DNA from: Eubacteriales bacterium
GTDB lineage: Bacteria; Bacillota; Clostridia; Oscillospirales; CAG-272
Reading direction: 5' to 3'
DNA: 64,000 nt
Assembly (NCBI GenBank): GCA_045653705.1
Contig: JAZOMG010000052.1
Coordinates: 31,877-95,876, forward strand
Under the pieces are notes generated by a model. It saw only the letters and a program-made list of their open reading frames with translations, was not told where the DNA came from and made no database searches. The translations under genes were made by a program, and so were the position numbers. Of the stretch, positions 17,259-27,022 are shown in pieces (position 1 is the first letter of the stretch; each line of letters starts with the position of its first letter).

Positions 17259-18515
17259 TCAGTTTGATATATGAAGCTCTACCGAGGTCTCCGCCGAGGT
17301 TATGGGGGTGTTCGGGAGAGGATATTGCGAAATTACAACGCCCTTTGGCGCAGCGCTTGAAACCGAGTACACCGAAGAGACCGTAAGCCCTACCCTTAGG
17401 AGCTGTCTTGCGGCTTCCTCAACGCTCATTCCGTAAAGGTCGGGAACTGTGGGCAGAGAAAAGCCCTCACCCGCGCTGACCGTAAGGGAAATACTTGTGT
17501 TTCTTTTAGTCTCGGTGTCGGGGCGAATGCTTTGGGAAATAACGGTTCCCATCCGTTCCTTTGAGCTTACGTAGCTTACGTTACCCAGCGTAAGACCAGC
17601 CCCGCGGATGCGTATAGCCGCCTCGCTTTCTCCAAGTCCTATAAGGCTTGGAACTCTCAGGGTATCGGCTTTTGCCCCAAGGCTTACGGTAAGCCGTACG
17701 TTGCCCCCCTTTTCAATTTCAGAGCCGCTTTGGGGATAGGCTCGAATGACCTCGCCCTGCTTAACGCTTTCCGAATATTCCTCGGTGACCGAATAGCCAA
17801 GCCCGTTGTTGGAAAGGGCGAGAATAGCATCCCGCAGGCTTGCGCCCGCAATTCCGTCGGGCACGTATACCGCTTCTTGTCTGCTGACCGTCAGAACAAC
17901 ATCACAGCAGCCGTTTCTGCCGTATATGCGCCGTGTGACCCCCGCGGCGGGGAGCTGGGATATTATTTGCCCCGAGGCTATTTCGGGGTTGCTTTCGTAC
18001 TGTATTATAAGGTTAAAATCCTCTGTGGGATACTCTATCTGTGAGAGCTGCTTGCCCCGAAATAGGGGAATTGTAACCGTTTCGTACCGTCTTGCGTAGG
18101 GGGCGAAAAGGGAAAGAAGTATATACCCTGCCGTAACGGCGCAGACGAGAGAGCAGGCGGTCACCGCCCCCAAAAGGACGGGGAGAGAAGCTATTGTTTT
18201 TTGTCTTTTGTTCAGCGCTCTTTTGGCAAGGGCGTTTTTTATACGCGAAAATAGCTTTGATGACAGCTCCTTTGCCTTGATAAAAAGGGCTTTTATACCG
18301 AGATATATGCCTCGGTATATTTTCAGTATGGCGGCTCGGGGGGAGCGCCTTTTTCTCTTTTTATGATAGAGGTCGCCGTCTAAGCGTATCTGCTCTATGG
18401 GCTCGGGCAGAGCACGGCGATAGCTTAAAGTGCTTCTACCCGCAAAGCGCAGACGGGTGCTTTCTCTTAGGCGAGAGGGGGTGCTTTTTTCTGACTGACG
18501 AAAACGGTATTTCAT
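17259..18515 (-). CDS. Membrane-anchored PASTA-repeat protein (about 4 PASTA domains) lacking a kinase domain
   Basis: 418 aa. A basic ~95-aa N-terminus, one TM (IASLPVLLGAVTACSLVCAVTAGYILLSLF), then repeats ending LTVS/LTVSLG/LTVSAG/ELHIS. No Hanks kinase motifs anywhere in the ORF. Confidence 0.75.
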   Translation of the reverse strand: MKYRFRQSEKSTPSRLRESTRLRFAGRSTLSYRRALPEPIEQIRLDGDLYHKKRKRRSPRAAILKIYRGIYLGIKALFIKAKELSSKLFSRIKNALAKRALNKRQKTIASLPVLLGAVTACSLVCAVTAGYILLSLFAPYARRYETVTIPLFRGKQLSQIEYPTEDFNLIIQYESNPEIASGQIISQLPAAGVTRRIYGRNGCCDVVLTVSRQEAVYVPDGIAGASLRDAILALSNNGLGYSVTEEYSESVKQGEVIRAYPQSGSEIEKGGNVRLTVSLGAKADTLRVPSLIGLGESEAAIRIRGAGLTLGNVSYVSSKERMGTVISQSIRPDTETKRNTSISLTVSAGEGFSLPTVPDLYGMSVEEAARQLLRVGLTVSSVYSVSSAAPKGVVISQYPLPNTPITSAETSVELHISN

Positions 18516-18560
18516 ATATATGCTCCCTTATACTTTATGTACTGTATCGGGAGCCTTTTA

Positions 18561-19634
18561 TCAGCCCTCGCCCTTTTCCTCGGCTCTGCGAAGCTGTCCG
18601 CAGGATGCGTTTATGTCAGCGCCGAGACGGCGGCGCACGGTAGCGCGGATCCCCTTTTTTTCAAGGATAGACGCGAATTTTTCTATTGCCCGCTTGTCGG
18701 ATGCCGAAAAGCCTGTTTCGGTGACCGTGTTGACTGGAATGAGATTTACATGTATGGGAAAGCCCTCGCCCTCGCCTCGCGTACGCAGAGCACCGTTGAG
18801 CAAGGAAGCCAGCCGAGCCGCGGCCTCGGGAGAGTCGTTCTTTCCCGAAATGAGGGTGTATTCAAAGGATATACGCCTGCCTGTGGTCTTGTAATAGGAG
18901 CGACAGGAAGAAAGGAGACGGTCTATATTCCATTTGCGGTTTACGGGCATTATCTCGCTTCTCGTCTCATCGTCCGATGCGTGAAGCGAGATAGAGAGGG
19001 TAATAGGAAAGCTTTCCTTTGCAAGCATATCTATCCTGTCGGCAAGTCCGCAGGTTGACAGGGAAATATGTCGGTAGCCGATATTCAGCCCCTTTTCATC
19101 CCCCACAAGCTTCAGAAATTTTATTACGTTGTCGTAGTTGTCAAGGGGCTCTCCTATACCCATCATAACCACGTTGGATATTCTTTCGCCCGTGTCTGTC
19201 TGGGCGGCGATTATCTGACCGAGCATTTCGGACGGAGCGAGGTCGCGCACCTTACCGCCGATGGTAGACGCGCAAAAGGCGCAGCCCATACGGCAGCCCA
19301 CCTGAGAGGATATACAGATAGTATTACCGTGCTTGTACTTCATTACCACGCTTTCAACGCAGTTGCCGTCGGATAGGGTAAAAAGATATTTCACGGTTCC
19401 GTCAATAGCCGATACCAGCTTGCGGCGCACCGTGGGAAGATAGAAATAGGATACCTCGGAAAGCTTTGCCTTGGTAGCCTTTCCCACGTTGGTCATATCC
19501 TCGGGGGATATTCCCTTGTGTATTGCGGAAAATATTTGCGAGGCTCTGTATTTTGGCTCGCCTATTGAAAGAATAAGCTCCTCAAGCTCCGACGGGAGCA
19601 GGGAAAGCAGGTCGTGTTTTGTAGTTTCGTTCAT
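18561..19634 (-). CDS. rlmN: 23S rRNA/tRNA (adenine-C2)-methyltransferase, radical SAM
   Basis: CISSQVGCRMGCAFCAST radical-SAM cluster, MGIGEPLDN, and the C-terminal ...GADINASCGQL. Confidence 0.93.
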   Translation of the reverse strand: MNETTKHDLLSLLPSELEELILSIGEPKYRASQIFSAIHKGISPEDMTNVGKATKAKLSEVSYFYLPTVRRKLVSAIDGTVKYLFTLSDGNCVESVVMKYKHGNTICISSQVGCRMGCAFCASTIGGKVRDLAPSEMLGQIIAAQTDTGERISNVVMMGIGEPLDNYDNVIKFLKLVGDEKGLNIGYRHISLSTCGLADRIDMLAKESFPITLSISLHASDDETRSEIMPVNRKWNIDRLLSSCRSYYKTTGRRISFEYTLISGKNDSPEAAARLASLLNGALRTRGEGEGFPIHVNLIPVNTVTETGFSASDKRAIEKFASILEKKGIRATVRRRLGADINASCGQLRRAEEKGEG

Positions 19635-19664
19635 ATGTTCACCGCTGAATCAATGCAAAATTGA

Positions 19665-19694
19665 TGTAGGGCTGGGGCTTGCTCCCGCCCTACA
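19665..19694. repeat. G-module hairpin TGTAGGGCTGGGGCTTGCTCCCGCCCTACA (family 4)
   Basis: Related copies at 10071-10094, 49307-49355 and, in reverse complement, at the 3' ends of the 31863 and 57634 elements. The outer stem TGTAGGG/CCCTACA also occurs at 32095-32117. Confidence 0.7.
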
Positions 19695-19724
19695 ATAGAA
19701 GAAAAAATAATTCGGCATTCCGTA

Positions 19725-21011
19725 TTATATTTTGGTAAGCTTCGCTATAAAAAATCCGTCTGTGGGGTGGGTGTCGGGCAAAAGGGTAATATAGCCCTTG
19801 GGTATTTCCAATGCTCCCGCATAGCAGGGGGTCAGGCGAAAATCGGGGTGACGCTCAAGAAATCTCTTGATGTTTTTCTCGTTTTCCTCGGGAAAGACCG
19901 TACAGGTGGAATAGACCAGCGTACCGCCCCGCTTTACGTAACGGCAGGCGTTTTCCAGTATTGCAAGCTGTATATCGGGTAGAGCGCGGGACTCGGCGGG
20001 GTCTTTATATCTCAGCTCGGGCTTTTTTGAAATCACGCCAAAGCCCGAACAGGGAACGTCGCAAAGCACTCTGTCGGCTTGTCCGTCAAGCTCAGATAGG
20101 TAATTTCTGCCATCACGTTCGGACACGCTTATAATAGTTATACCCAATCTTTGCGCTCCCGATACAATAAGCGGGAGCTTTTTCGCGTGCAGGTCAAAGG
20201 ATAGCACCTGTCCGCGGTCTTTCATTGAGATAGCCGCCCCGAAGCTTTTTGAGCCCGGGCAGGCGCATATGTCGAGAACAGTCTCGTCGGGCGTAGCTCC
20301 AAGAGTCGCCACACAGAGCTGAGACGCTTCGTCCTGAACGTAGAAAAGTCCCTCGTCGAAGCCGTAAAGCTCCCGCACAGAGCCCCTCACCCGCAGACCG
20401 TTTCCCGACAGGGCGGTAGACTCCGAGCCCTCTATTTTCGCCGCAAGCTCTTCTCGGCTTATTTTCAGTGTATTGACAGCAAGAGTGGTGTCGGGTATGC
20501 GCTCAAAGCCCCTAAGTATGCTTTCGGTACGCTCTGCGCCGTAGATTTCGATAAATCGCTTTACAAGGGGCAGACAGACCGAATAGCGGATAGAGAGGTA
20601 TTCAGCCTCGCCGTCCTCAAGCTTGGGATATTCAAGCCCGTTCCCCCGTGTGTAGGCTCTCAGAATTGCGTTTACGAAGCCCGAAAGCCTTTTGGGGCAA
20701 AGCGCCACCGTTTCGTTAATAGCCGCGTGGGGCGGTATTCTGTCCATAAACGCAAGCTGATAAATACCAAGTCTCAGGGCGGTCAGCGCTGACAGGTCAA
20801 GCTCTGACAGAGGGCGGCTTGACAGTCTGCTTATCTGATGATCAAGGGTCAGCCGCCTCTCGGTAACGCCGTATACAAGGGCTGAGGCAAGAGCCTTATC
20901 GGCATCGTTCATATCGCTTGCCGACAGCGCCCTGTCCAGCGAAATATTTGAAAATTGTTTGTTTTTTTCGAGCCTTTGCAAAAGGTCGTAAGCGAGCTGT
21001 CGTGGGTTCAT
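19725..21011 (-). CDS. rsmB: 16S rRNA (cytosine967-C5)-methyltransferase
   Basis: NusB-like N-terminus plus a SAM MTase (DICACPGSKS, DVPCSG, YSTCT). I prefer the start MNPRQLAYD (ATG 21009-21011) over the track start at 21107. Confidence 0.9.
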   Translation of the reverse strand: MNPRQLAYDLLQRLEKNKQFSNISLDRALSASDMNDADKALASALVYGVTERRLTLDHQISRLSSRPLSELDLSALTALRLGIYQLAFMDRIPPHAAINETVALCPKRLSGFVNAILRAYTRGNGLEYPKLEDGEAEYLSIRYSVCLPLVKRFIEIYGAERTESILRGFERIPDTTLAVNTLKISREELAAKIEGSESTALSGNGLRVRGSVRELYGFDEGLFYVQDEASQLCVATLGATPDETVLDICACPGSKSFGAAISMKDRGQVLSFDLHAKKLPLIVSGAQRLGITIISVSERDGRNYLSELDGQADRVLCDVPCSGFGVISKKPELRYKDPAESRALPDIQLAILENACRYVKRGGTLVYSTCTVFPEENEKNIKRFLERHPDFRLTPCYAGALEIPKGYITLLPDTHPTDGFFIAKLTKI

Positions 21012-21030
21012 ATTTTGTCCTCTGAAAGAT

Positions 21031-21732
21031 TTAATCCCGCCGTCTGCCGATGCCTGACAGCAGAATGAGACGGAGCAGGGTGAGCAGCGAGGTCGCCAGA
21101 GCGGCAACGTAGGTGAGAGCCGCCGCAGTCAGCACCTGTCTTGCGGCAGAAAGCTCGCCGCTATTGAATACGCCCCAATCGCTAAGCGCTCCCATAGCCC
21201 TCGACGATGCGTTGAACTCAACGGGCAGAGTAGCAAGCTGGAAGAGCGCCACGGTGGCATAGAGAATAATACCGCCAAGCATTAAATACTCGCTTGCCAT
21301 AAAAAGCCCGATAATAAACAGTGGCATCGCTAAAATAGAGCCAAACTGCGTAACGGGTATTATAAGCGCCCGAGCTTTGATGGGCAGATAGCCCTTTGCG
21401 TACTGTACCGCGTGACCTGCCTCGTGGGCGGCAACGCCGATAGCCGCGGCGCTTTTTGAATCGTGTACCGCATCGGAAAGACGTATCACGTTTGCCCGAG
21501 GGTCGTAGTGGTCGTTAAGCTCTCCGCGTATATGCTCTATTTTTACGTGTTGCAGACCGTTTGAGTCAAGTATACGCCGCGCCGCATCCGCTCCGCTGAT
21601 ACCCGCCCCCGTAGGGTGGGTAGAATATTTTTTGTAGGTGGACTGAACTCTGAACTGCGCCCAAAGAGAGAATATAAACGCGGGAATGACCAGCAGTATA
21701 GTCCAATCGAAATAGAATAAACCAAATAACAT
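21031..21732 (-). CDS. Putative neutral zinc metallopeptidase (YugP/Zn_peptidase_2 family), membrane protein
   Basis: HYDPRANVIRLS...IGVAAHEAGHAVQ. Start taken at MLFGLFYFDW (ATG 21730-21732). Confidence 0.8.
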   Translation of the reverse strand: MLFGLFYFDWTILLVIPAFIFSLWAQFRVQSTYKKYSTHPTGAGISGADAARRILDSNGLQHVKIEHIRGELNDHYDPRANVIRLSDAVHDSKSAAAIGVAAHEAGHAVQYAKGYLPIKARALIIPVTQFGSILAMPLFIIGLFMASEYLMLGGIILYATVALFQLATLPVEFNASSRAMGALSDWGVFNSGELSAARQVLTAAALTYVAALATSLLTLLRLILLSGIGRRRD

Positions 21733-21743
21733 AAAGCTCCTCT

Positions 21744-22676
21744 TTATTTGAGAATATCTCCGACGCTGACCTTTCTTCCTCTGATAAAGTCGGGGGCGGA
21801 CATTTTCGATTTGCCCTCGGGAACTACCGTGAGAAACGTAATAGCTCCCTGTCCGCAGGCTACCGTTATGCCGTCCGAAAGAGAAATGACCTCTCCGCAC
21901 ACAGCGCCCGCCTTTGTCTCGGTTGACCGACGGGCGGCGCTTACCTTAAGGAGCTTTCCGTCGGGGGTGTGGGTGAACGCTAAGGGAATAGGCGAAAGAC
22001 CTCTGATAAGGTCGTGAAGCTCGGAGGCGCTTTTCGAAAAATCCAAAAGACAGTCGGCTTTGGTTATCTTTGCGGCATAGGTCGCCTTTGAATCATCTTG
22101 GGGAATACGGACGGCGCTGCCGTTTTCTATGGCTTCAAGGGTGCGCGTGATAAGCGCCGCTCCGCAAACGCCCAGCTTGTCGTGAATGTCCTCAAAGTTG
22201 TCCTCGTCAAGTATTTCCACCTCGTCGGTAAGAAGCATATCTCCCGTGTCAATTCCCGCCGCCATATACATAGTGGTAATACCGGTCACCTTTTTTCCGT
22301 CAATAATTGCTCTCTGCATTGGAGCTGCTCCGCGGTATTCGGGCAAAAGCGAGCCGTGTACGTTAATACAGCCGTATTTAGGGTAATTCATCACGTTTTC
22401 GGGAAGTATTTTTCCGTAAGCCACTACAACGCAAACGTCGGGGTCAAGCTCAGAGAGCAGGGAAGCGAAGGCTTCGTCACGGAGAGTTTGGGGCTGATAT
22501 ACGGGAATACCCTCTTCCATAGCCATTGCCTTTACAGGGGGCGGCGTTAGGGTGTAGCCTCTGCCCCGAGGCTTGTCGGGCTGAGTGACAACACCGCATA
22601 TATTATGCCCCGCGTCAATAAGAGCGCGCAGAGAGAATACGGCAAAATCGGGAGTGCCCATAAAAAGAATTTTCAT
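21744..22676 (-). CDS. fmt: Methionyl-tRNA formyltransferase
   Basis: MKILFMGTPDFAV.SL..L......I..VVTQPDKP.GRG....PPPVK..A...GIPV.QP. Start at ATG 22674-22676. Confidence 0.93.
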   Translation of the reverse strand: MKILFMGTPDFAVFSLRALIDAGHNICGVVTQPDKPRGRGYTLTPPPVKAMAMEEGIPVYQPQTLRDEAFASLLSELDPDVCVVVAYGKILPENVMNYPKYGCINVHGSLLPEYRGAAPMQRAIIDGKKVTGITTMYMAAGIDTGDMLLTDEVEILDEDNFEDIHDKLGVCGAALITRTLEAIENGSAVRIPQDDSKATYAAKITKADCLLDFSKSASELHDLIRGLSPIPLAFTHTPDGKLLKVSAARRSTETKAGAVCGEVISLSDGITVACGQGAITFLTVVPEGKSKMSAPDFIRGRKVSVGDILK

Positions 22677-22686
22677 AGTCCGCGCC

Positions 22687-23145
22687 TCACTTATTATCAA
22701 GCATTTCGATGGCGCAGTCTATGTAGAGCTTGCCGTCAAGGTGGTCTATCTCGTGGCAGAACGCCTTGGCAAGAAGTCCCGAGCCTGTTATGTCAAAGGT
22801 CTCGCCCTTTCTGTTCATTGCCCTTACCGTTACGTGCATAGGACGGCGGGTAATGCCCCATCTGCCGGGAACAGACAGACAGCCCTCTTCGGATTCCTGT
22901 TCTCCCGAAAAGGCGATAATTTTGGGGTTTATCAGCTCAATAAGTCCCTCGTCGGGAGTTTCTATGACAACCACGCGGCGAAGAACGCCTACCTGTGGCG
23001 CGGCAAGTCCAACGCCATCGGCGGCGCGCATCGTTTCTATCATATCGTCAAGAAGTGTTTTTATTCTGGGTGTTACCGTTTCAACGGGACGGCAGACCTT
23101 TCTCAGGGTACTGTCGCCAACCTTTAGTATTTTCAGCTTTGCCAT
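22687..23145 (-). CDS. def: Peptide deformylase
   Basis: GVGLAAPQVG, EGCLSVPG, HEIDHLDG. I prefer the MAKLKIL start (AAGGAG is 6 nt upstream). Confidence 0.93.
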   Translation of the reverse strand: MAKLKILKVGDSTLRKVCRPVETVTPRIKTLLDDMIETMRAADGVGLAAPQVGVLRRVVVIETPDEGLIELINPKIIAFSGEQESEEGCLSVPGRWGITRRPMHVTVRAMNRKGETFDITGSGLLAKAFCHEIDHLDGKLYIDCAIEMLDNK

Positions 23146-23224
23146 AAGCATCTCCTTGTAAATTTTTACATTGATTTACGTTTTGATTTTTGTATTCTAT
23201 GTTTTTATTCATCTTTCGATGTTT

Positions 23225-23260
23225 GTGTCATCCTTGAGCCTTTTCGCCGTAGGCGAAAAG
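23225..23260. repeat. Family 2 terminus + family 1 hairpin inside the priA-def spacer
   Basis: GTGTCATCCTTGAGCC-TTTTCGCCGTAGGCGAAAAG. Confidence 0.7.
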
Positions 23261-23262
23261 TA

Positions 23263-25746
23263 TTAAAGCGACGACGGATTAAGGTCGACCGACAGGCTAA
23301 GCCCTTTCGTTCCCGCGCGGGAAAACTCGCAAAGGAGCATTGAGAAAAGGGCGCGGCTTCGGCGGTTTAGACGGCATTTGATAACGGTTCGCATTCTGTA
23401 CTTGCCCTCTACCTTATACACGGGCGCTTCAAAGGGTCCGTATTTCACCACGGGTACGTCAGAAAATTCGCCGCGCAACGCCTCGTCAAGCATCTTGGAA
23501 AGACGGGTAGACGCGCGCATAAGCTCGCCCTCATCGGGTGAGGTCAGCGTCAGCAGAACGATATCGCAAAATGGTGGGAATACAAGAGCCTTACGCAGAC
23601 GTATCTCGGCATCGTAAAAGCTTTCGTAGTCCTGGGCGCAGGCGAGACGCAGGCACTCGTTGTCGGGATTATTGGTTTGAATGACCGCCTCCCCCGCCTT
23701 TTCTCCGCGTCCGGCTCTGCCGATAACCTGCGTCAGCATAGAAAAGGTACGCTCTGCCGCACGGTAGTCGTCAAGATACAGGGAAGCGTCCGCAAGCAGT
23801 ACGCCTACAAGGGTAACGTCGGGAAAATCGTGCCCCTTTGTTACCATCTGCGTACCGAGAAGCAGGTCTGCCTCGTGTCTGCGGAATTTCCCCAGCATAT
23901 CCTCGTATGAATAGCGGGATGTGGTCGTGTCTGTGTCCATACGCAAAATTCCCGAATGGGGAAGAAGCTCGGAAAGCTCCTGCTCGATACGCTGAGTGCC
24001 AAAGCCCATTTTTGCTATATGCTTAGAGCCGCACTTGGGGCATATCTCGGGCAGTGGCATACGCCGACCGCACCAATGACAGCGAAGCTCTCCGCGGTCA
24101 TAGCCCGAGCCAAAGGTGTGGTAGGTCATTGAGACCGAGCATTGAGGGCATTTTACCGCCTCTCCACAGCTTCGGCAGGAAAGAAAGCTGTTATATCCCC
24201 GACGGTTAATGAAAAGCACAGCCTGCTCCTTACGGCTTTGATTTTCCGTAAGCCTTTGGCAAAGGAGCGAGCCGAGGGGAGACAGGGAGCCGCTTTGAGC
24301 CTCGTCTCTCATATCGGCGACAGTAACGCGTGGAAGCCTTGCTTTTCCGTATCGGTTTTTAAGAGTTATAAGAGTATACGCGCCGTCCTTGGCTTTTTTA
24401 TAGCTCTCGAAGGAGGGCGTTGCCGAGGAAAGAAGCATAAGGGCGTTGTTTTCGGCGCAACGGTATCTCGCTATATCTCTTGTGTGATATTTGGGATTCA
24501 TATCCGATTTGTAGGTATGCTCCTGCTCCTCGTCTATGATTATAAGCCCAAGGTGGGGCAGGGGAGCGAATACGGCGGAGCGCGTTCCTATAACAACGTC
24601 AGCGCCCCCCTCTTTTATTCGCCTGTGGGTATCAAAGCGCTCGCCTGCCGACAGCCCTGAGTGGATTATAGCCACCCTGTCGCCGTAGCGGGAGCAGAAA
24701 ATATCAAGTGTTTGCGGAGTTAGGGATATTTCGGGTAAGAGAAGTATTACGCTTTTTCCCATACTCAATGTATAATCTATGGTCTTTATCATAACAGAGG
24801 TCTTGCCGCTTCCCGTAACTCCGAAAAGCAAAGCCCCCTGCGGCTTTTTGCTGTCGAGAAGCCCACAGAGCGTCTCGTAAGCCGCCGTCTGTTCTTCGTT
24901 GAGCCGAATTTCCTTTGCCTTTGTCTCTCCGCCTCGCCTCGGCAGACTTCTGTCTACCGTTCTTTTTTCGCGGCGAAGAATACCCTTGCCGCAAAGAGCG
25001 GCTATGTGGGCGGGTGTGGTGCCGCAGGCGGCTGACAGCTCCTTTTCTCTTATTTCCTCAATGCCCGAATCGAAAAGATATTTAAGAATGGCAATATGGT
25101 TTGCCGAGCGCAGACGGATATCCGAATCGCCCTTTAGTATTCTGTCGGCTTCTTGTTGGGATATGGCAAGGGAGCAAAAGCTCTCGCTTTTTTCCTCGGA
25201 GCTTTTAAGCTCAAAATCCTTTTGAATAAGTCCCCACGCCGTAAGCTGCTTTACAGCTCCCTCGGCGGCGTTGCCGAATCGGGTCTTCAGCAGGTCAAAC
25301 CGAACGCTCCCTTTTTTGCGTATAAAATCGCGCACCAAAAGCGCGGCTTCGGATAGCTCCTCGCCCTCAACAGACTTATCGGTGGGTCGGTATATCTCCT
25401 CGAGCCTTGAAAGCGCCGAGGCGGGTATTATAGCCCGCACCGCGTCTCCCACGGTGCATAGGGTGTGTTCCTTCATAAAAAAGCAAAGCCCAAGCATCTC
25501 GCTGTCAAGCGACATACTTCTGTCGCACACGGACACTATGGGCTTGCAGCTTATGTCGGCTCTCTCGGGGCGATCGCAAAGCTCGGATACAAGTCCCAGC
25601 TTTTTGCGGTTTGCCGTGCCAAAGGGAACGGTGACAAAGTCGCCCTCCCTAAGCTGTCCCCGAAGCTCGGGAGGAATAAAATATTCAAATGCTTTGTCAA
25701 GAAAGTAGGGGTTATCGAGAAGATACACCCTTGCGTATTCCTGCAT
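23263..25746 (-). CDS. priA: Primosomal protein N' (replication restart helicase)
   Basis: 827 aa. Walker A GVTGSGKTS, DEEQE box, Cys-rich Zn insertion (CRSCGEAVKCPQCSVSMTYH...CHWCG...CPKCGS). Confidence 0.93.
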   Translation of the reverse strand: MQEYARVYLLDNPYFLDKAFEYFIPPELRGQLREGDFVTVPFGTANRKKLGLVSELCDRPERADISCKPIVSVCDRSMSLDSEMLGLCFFMKEHTLCTVGDAVRAIIPASALSRLEEIYRPTDKSVEGEELSEAALLVRDFIRKKGSVRFDLLKTRFGNAAEGAVKQLTAWGLIQKDFELKSSEEKSESFCSLAISQQEADRILKGDSDIRLRSANHIAILKYLFDSGIEEIREKELSAACGTTPAHIAALCGKGILRREKRTVDRSLPRRGGETKAKEIRLNEEQTAAYETLCGLLDSKKPQGALLFGVTGSGKTSVMIKTIDYTLSMGKSVILLLPEISLTPQTLDIFCSRYGDRVAIIHSGLSAGERFDTHRRIKEGGADVVIGTRSAVFAPLPHLGLIIIDEEQEHTYKSDMNPKYHTRDIARYRCAENNALMLLSSATPSFESYKKAKDGAYTLITLKNRYGKARLPRVTVADMRDEAQSGSLSPLGSLLCQRLTENQSRKEQAVLFINRRGYNSFLSCRSCGEAVKCPQCSVSMTYHTFGSGYDRGELRCHWCGRRMPLPEICPKCGSKHIAKMGFGTQRIEQELSELLPHSGILRMDTDTTTSRYSYEDMLGKFRRHEADLLLGTQMVTKGHDFPDVTLVGVLLADASLYLDDYRAAERTFSMLTQVIGRAGRGEKAGEAVIQTNNPDNECLRLACAQDYESFYDAEIRLRKALVFPPFCDIVLLTLTSPDEGELMRASTRLSKMLDEALRGEFSDVPVVKYGPFEAPVYKVEGKYRMRTVIKCRLNRRSRALFSMLLCEFSRAGTKGLSLSVDLNPSSL

Positions 25747-25774
25747 ATATTCCTCCTGAGAACGGAATGAGATA

Positions 25775-26089
25775 TTATTCCTCGGTTACTTCTGCTTCCT
25801 CGGCGGGGGCTGCTGCCTCTGCTTCGGGCTCGGTGTGGATTATCTTGTACTCACCGCAGTGGATTCTGCCGATAGCCTTTTTAACCGCCTTTTCATCGCG
25901 GTATTTCTTGTTGATGGAATTCATAAGATTTCTGTCGGTTTCCTTGTTGCCTGTAGCCGATTTTTCAGCGTTTTCCTTTTGCTGAACGTACTCGTCCGTA
26001 ATAAGGCGTGCGCACTTAGCGGTTGCTAACGTCAGCTCGTAGCGGTTAAATTCGTCCTTTGTAAGCTCTGTAATGGTAGGGTAGATCAT
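25775..26089 (-). CDS. rpoZ: DNA-directed RNA polymerase subunit omega (with acidic C-terminal tail)
   Basis: MIYPTITEL......NRYELTLATAKCARLI; conserved position between gmk and priA. Confidence 0.85.
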   Translation of the reverse strand: MIYPTITELTKDEFNRYELTLATAKCARLITDEYVQQKENAEKSATGNKETDRNLMNSINKKYRDEKAVKKAIGRIHCGEYKIIHTEPEAEAAAPAEEAEVTEE

Positions 26090-26133
26090 TTTTTTCTCCT
26101 TAAACTGAATTAAATTATATGTTTTAAAATTTA

Positions 26134-26739
26134 TTAACTGAAATAGGTTTTGGAAACGCTTTCGTTTCGGCGCATAGCCAGCCTTTCGGCGGTTACTATG
26201 GAGTATATCTCCCCTGCGGCTATCTTATCCGCGCCATCGTAGTTGTATACCACGTAATCGTAAAAATCCGATTCCGCTATTTCCTCGCGAGTTCTCGCAA
26301 GTCTTTCAAGTATTTTGTCCTCGGTCTCTGTACCTCTGGAGCGGAGCCGTTGCTCCTGAACGCTGAATGAGGGGGGCAGAAGCATTATAAGAACGGCATC
26401 GGGGTATCTTGCCTTTATGTTTCTCGCTCCCTCCACCTCGATCTCGAGTATGAGGTTCAAGCCCCTCTCAAGCACCTCTTCGGCTTCCTTTCTCGGCGTG
26501 CCGTAGTAGTTGCCGCAGTACTCTGTGTATTCAAGCATACCGCCTGCGGCGATACGCTTTTCAAATTCCTCGCGGGAGATGAAGTGGTAATTTACGCCGT
26601 CTGTCTCACCGGGTCTCGGCGCGCGAGTGGTTGCCGATACCGAGTAGACAAATTCTCCCGTATTCAGCAGATGGGCGTTGACAGTACCCTTGCCGCTCCC
26701 CGCGGGACCCGATATAACTATCATAAGTCCTTTTTTCAT
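26134..26739 (-). CDS. gmk: Guanylate kinase
   Basis: ISGPAGSGKGT, SATTRAPRPGE.DGV.YHF, YYGTP. Confidence 0.93.
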   Translation of the reverse strand: MKKGLMIVISGPAGSGKGTVNAHLLNTGEFVYSVSATTRAPRPGETDGVNYHFISREEFEKRIAAGGMLEYTEYCGNYYGTPRKEAEEVLERGLNLILEIEVEGARNIKARYPDAVLIMLLPPSFSVQEQRLRSRGTETEDKILERLARTREEIAESDFYDYVVYNYDGADKIAAGEIYSIVTAERLAMRRNESVSKTYFS

Positions 26740-26745
26740 TGCTGC

Positions 26746-27012
26746 TTACTCCTCTGTGTCCTCGTCATCCTCGGCGCCGTTGTAGTCAAGCCTGCCCGCG
26801 ATAGTCTCGGACTGAATGGCGGAAAGGATAACGTGCTCGCTGTCGGTAATGATTACCGAGCGTGTGCGTCTGCCGCAGGAAACGTCGATAACTCTTCCGC
26901 TGTCCTTGGCGTCCTGAACAAGTCGCTTAACAGGGGCGGAGTCGGGGCTGACTATTGTTACTATCCTGTCCGACGCCACCATATTTCCAAAGCCGATGTT
27001 TATAAATTTCAT
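26746..27012 (-). CDS. remA: RemA/DUF370 family regulator
   Basis: [71 protein letters not shown]. Confidence 0.9.
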   Translation of the reverse strand: MKFINIGFGNMVASDRIVTIVSPDSAPVKRLVQDAKDSGRVIDVSCGRRTRSVIITDSEHVILSAIQSETIAGRLDYNGAEDDEDTEE

Positions 27013-27022
27013 ATCCGTGACC

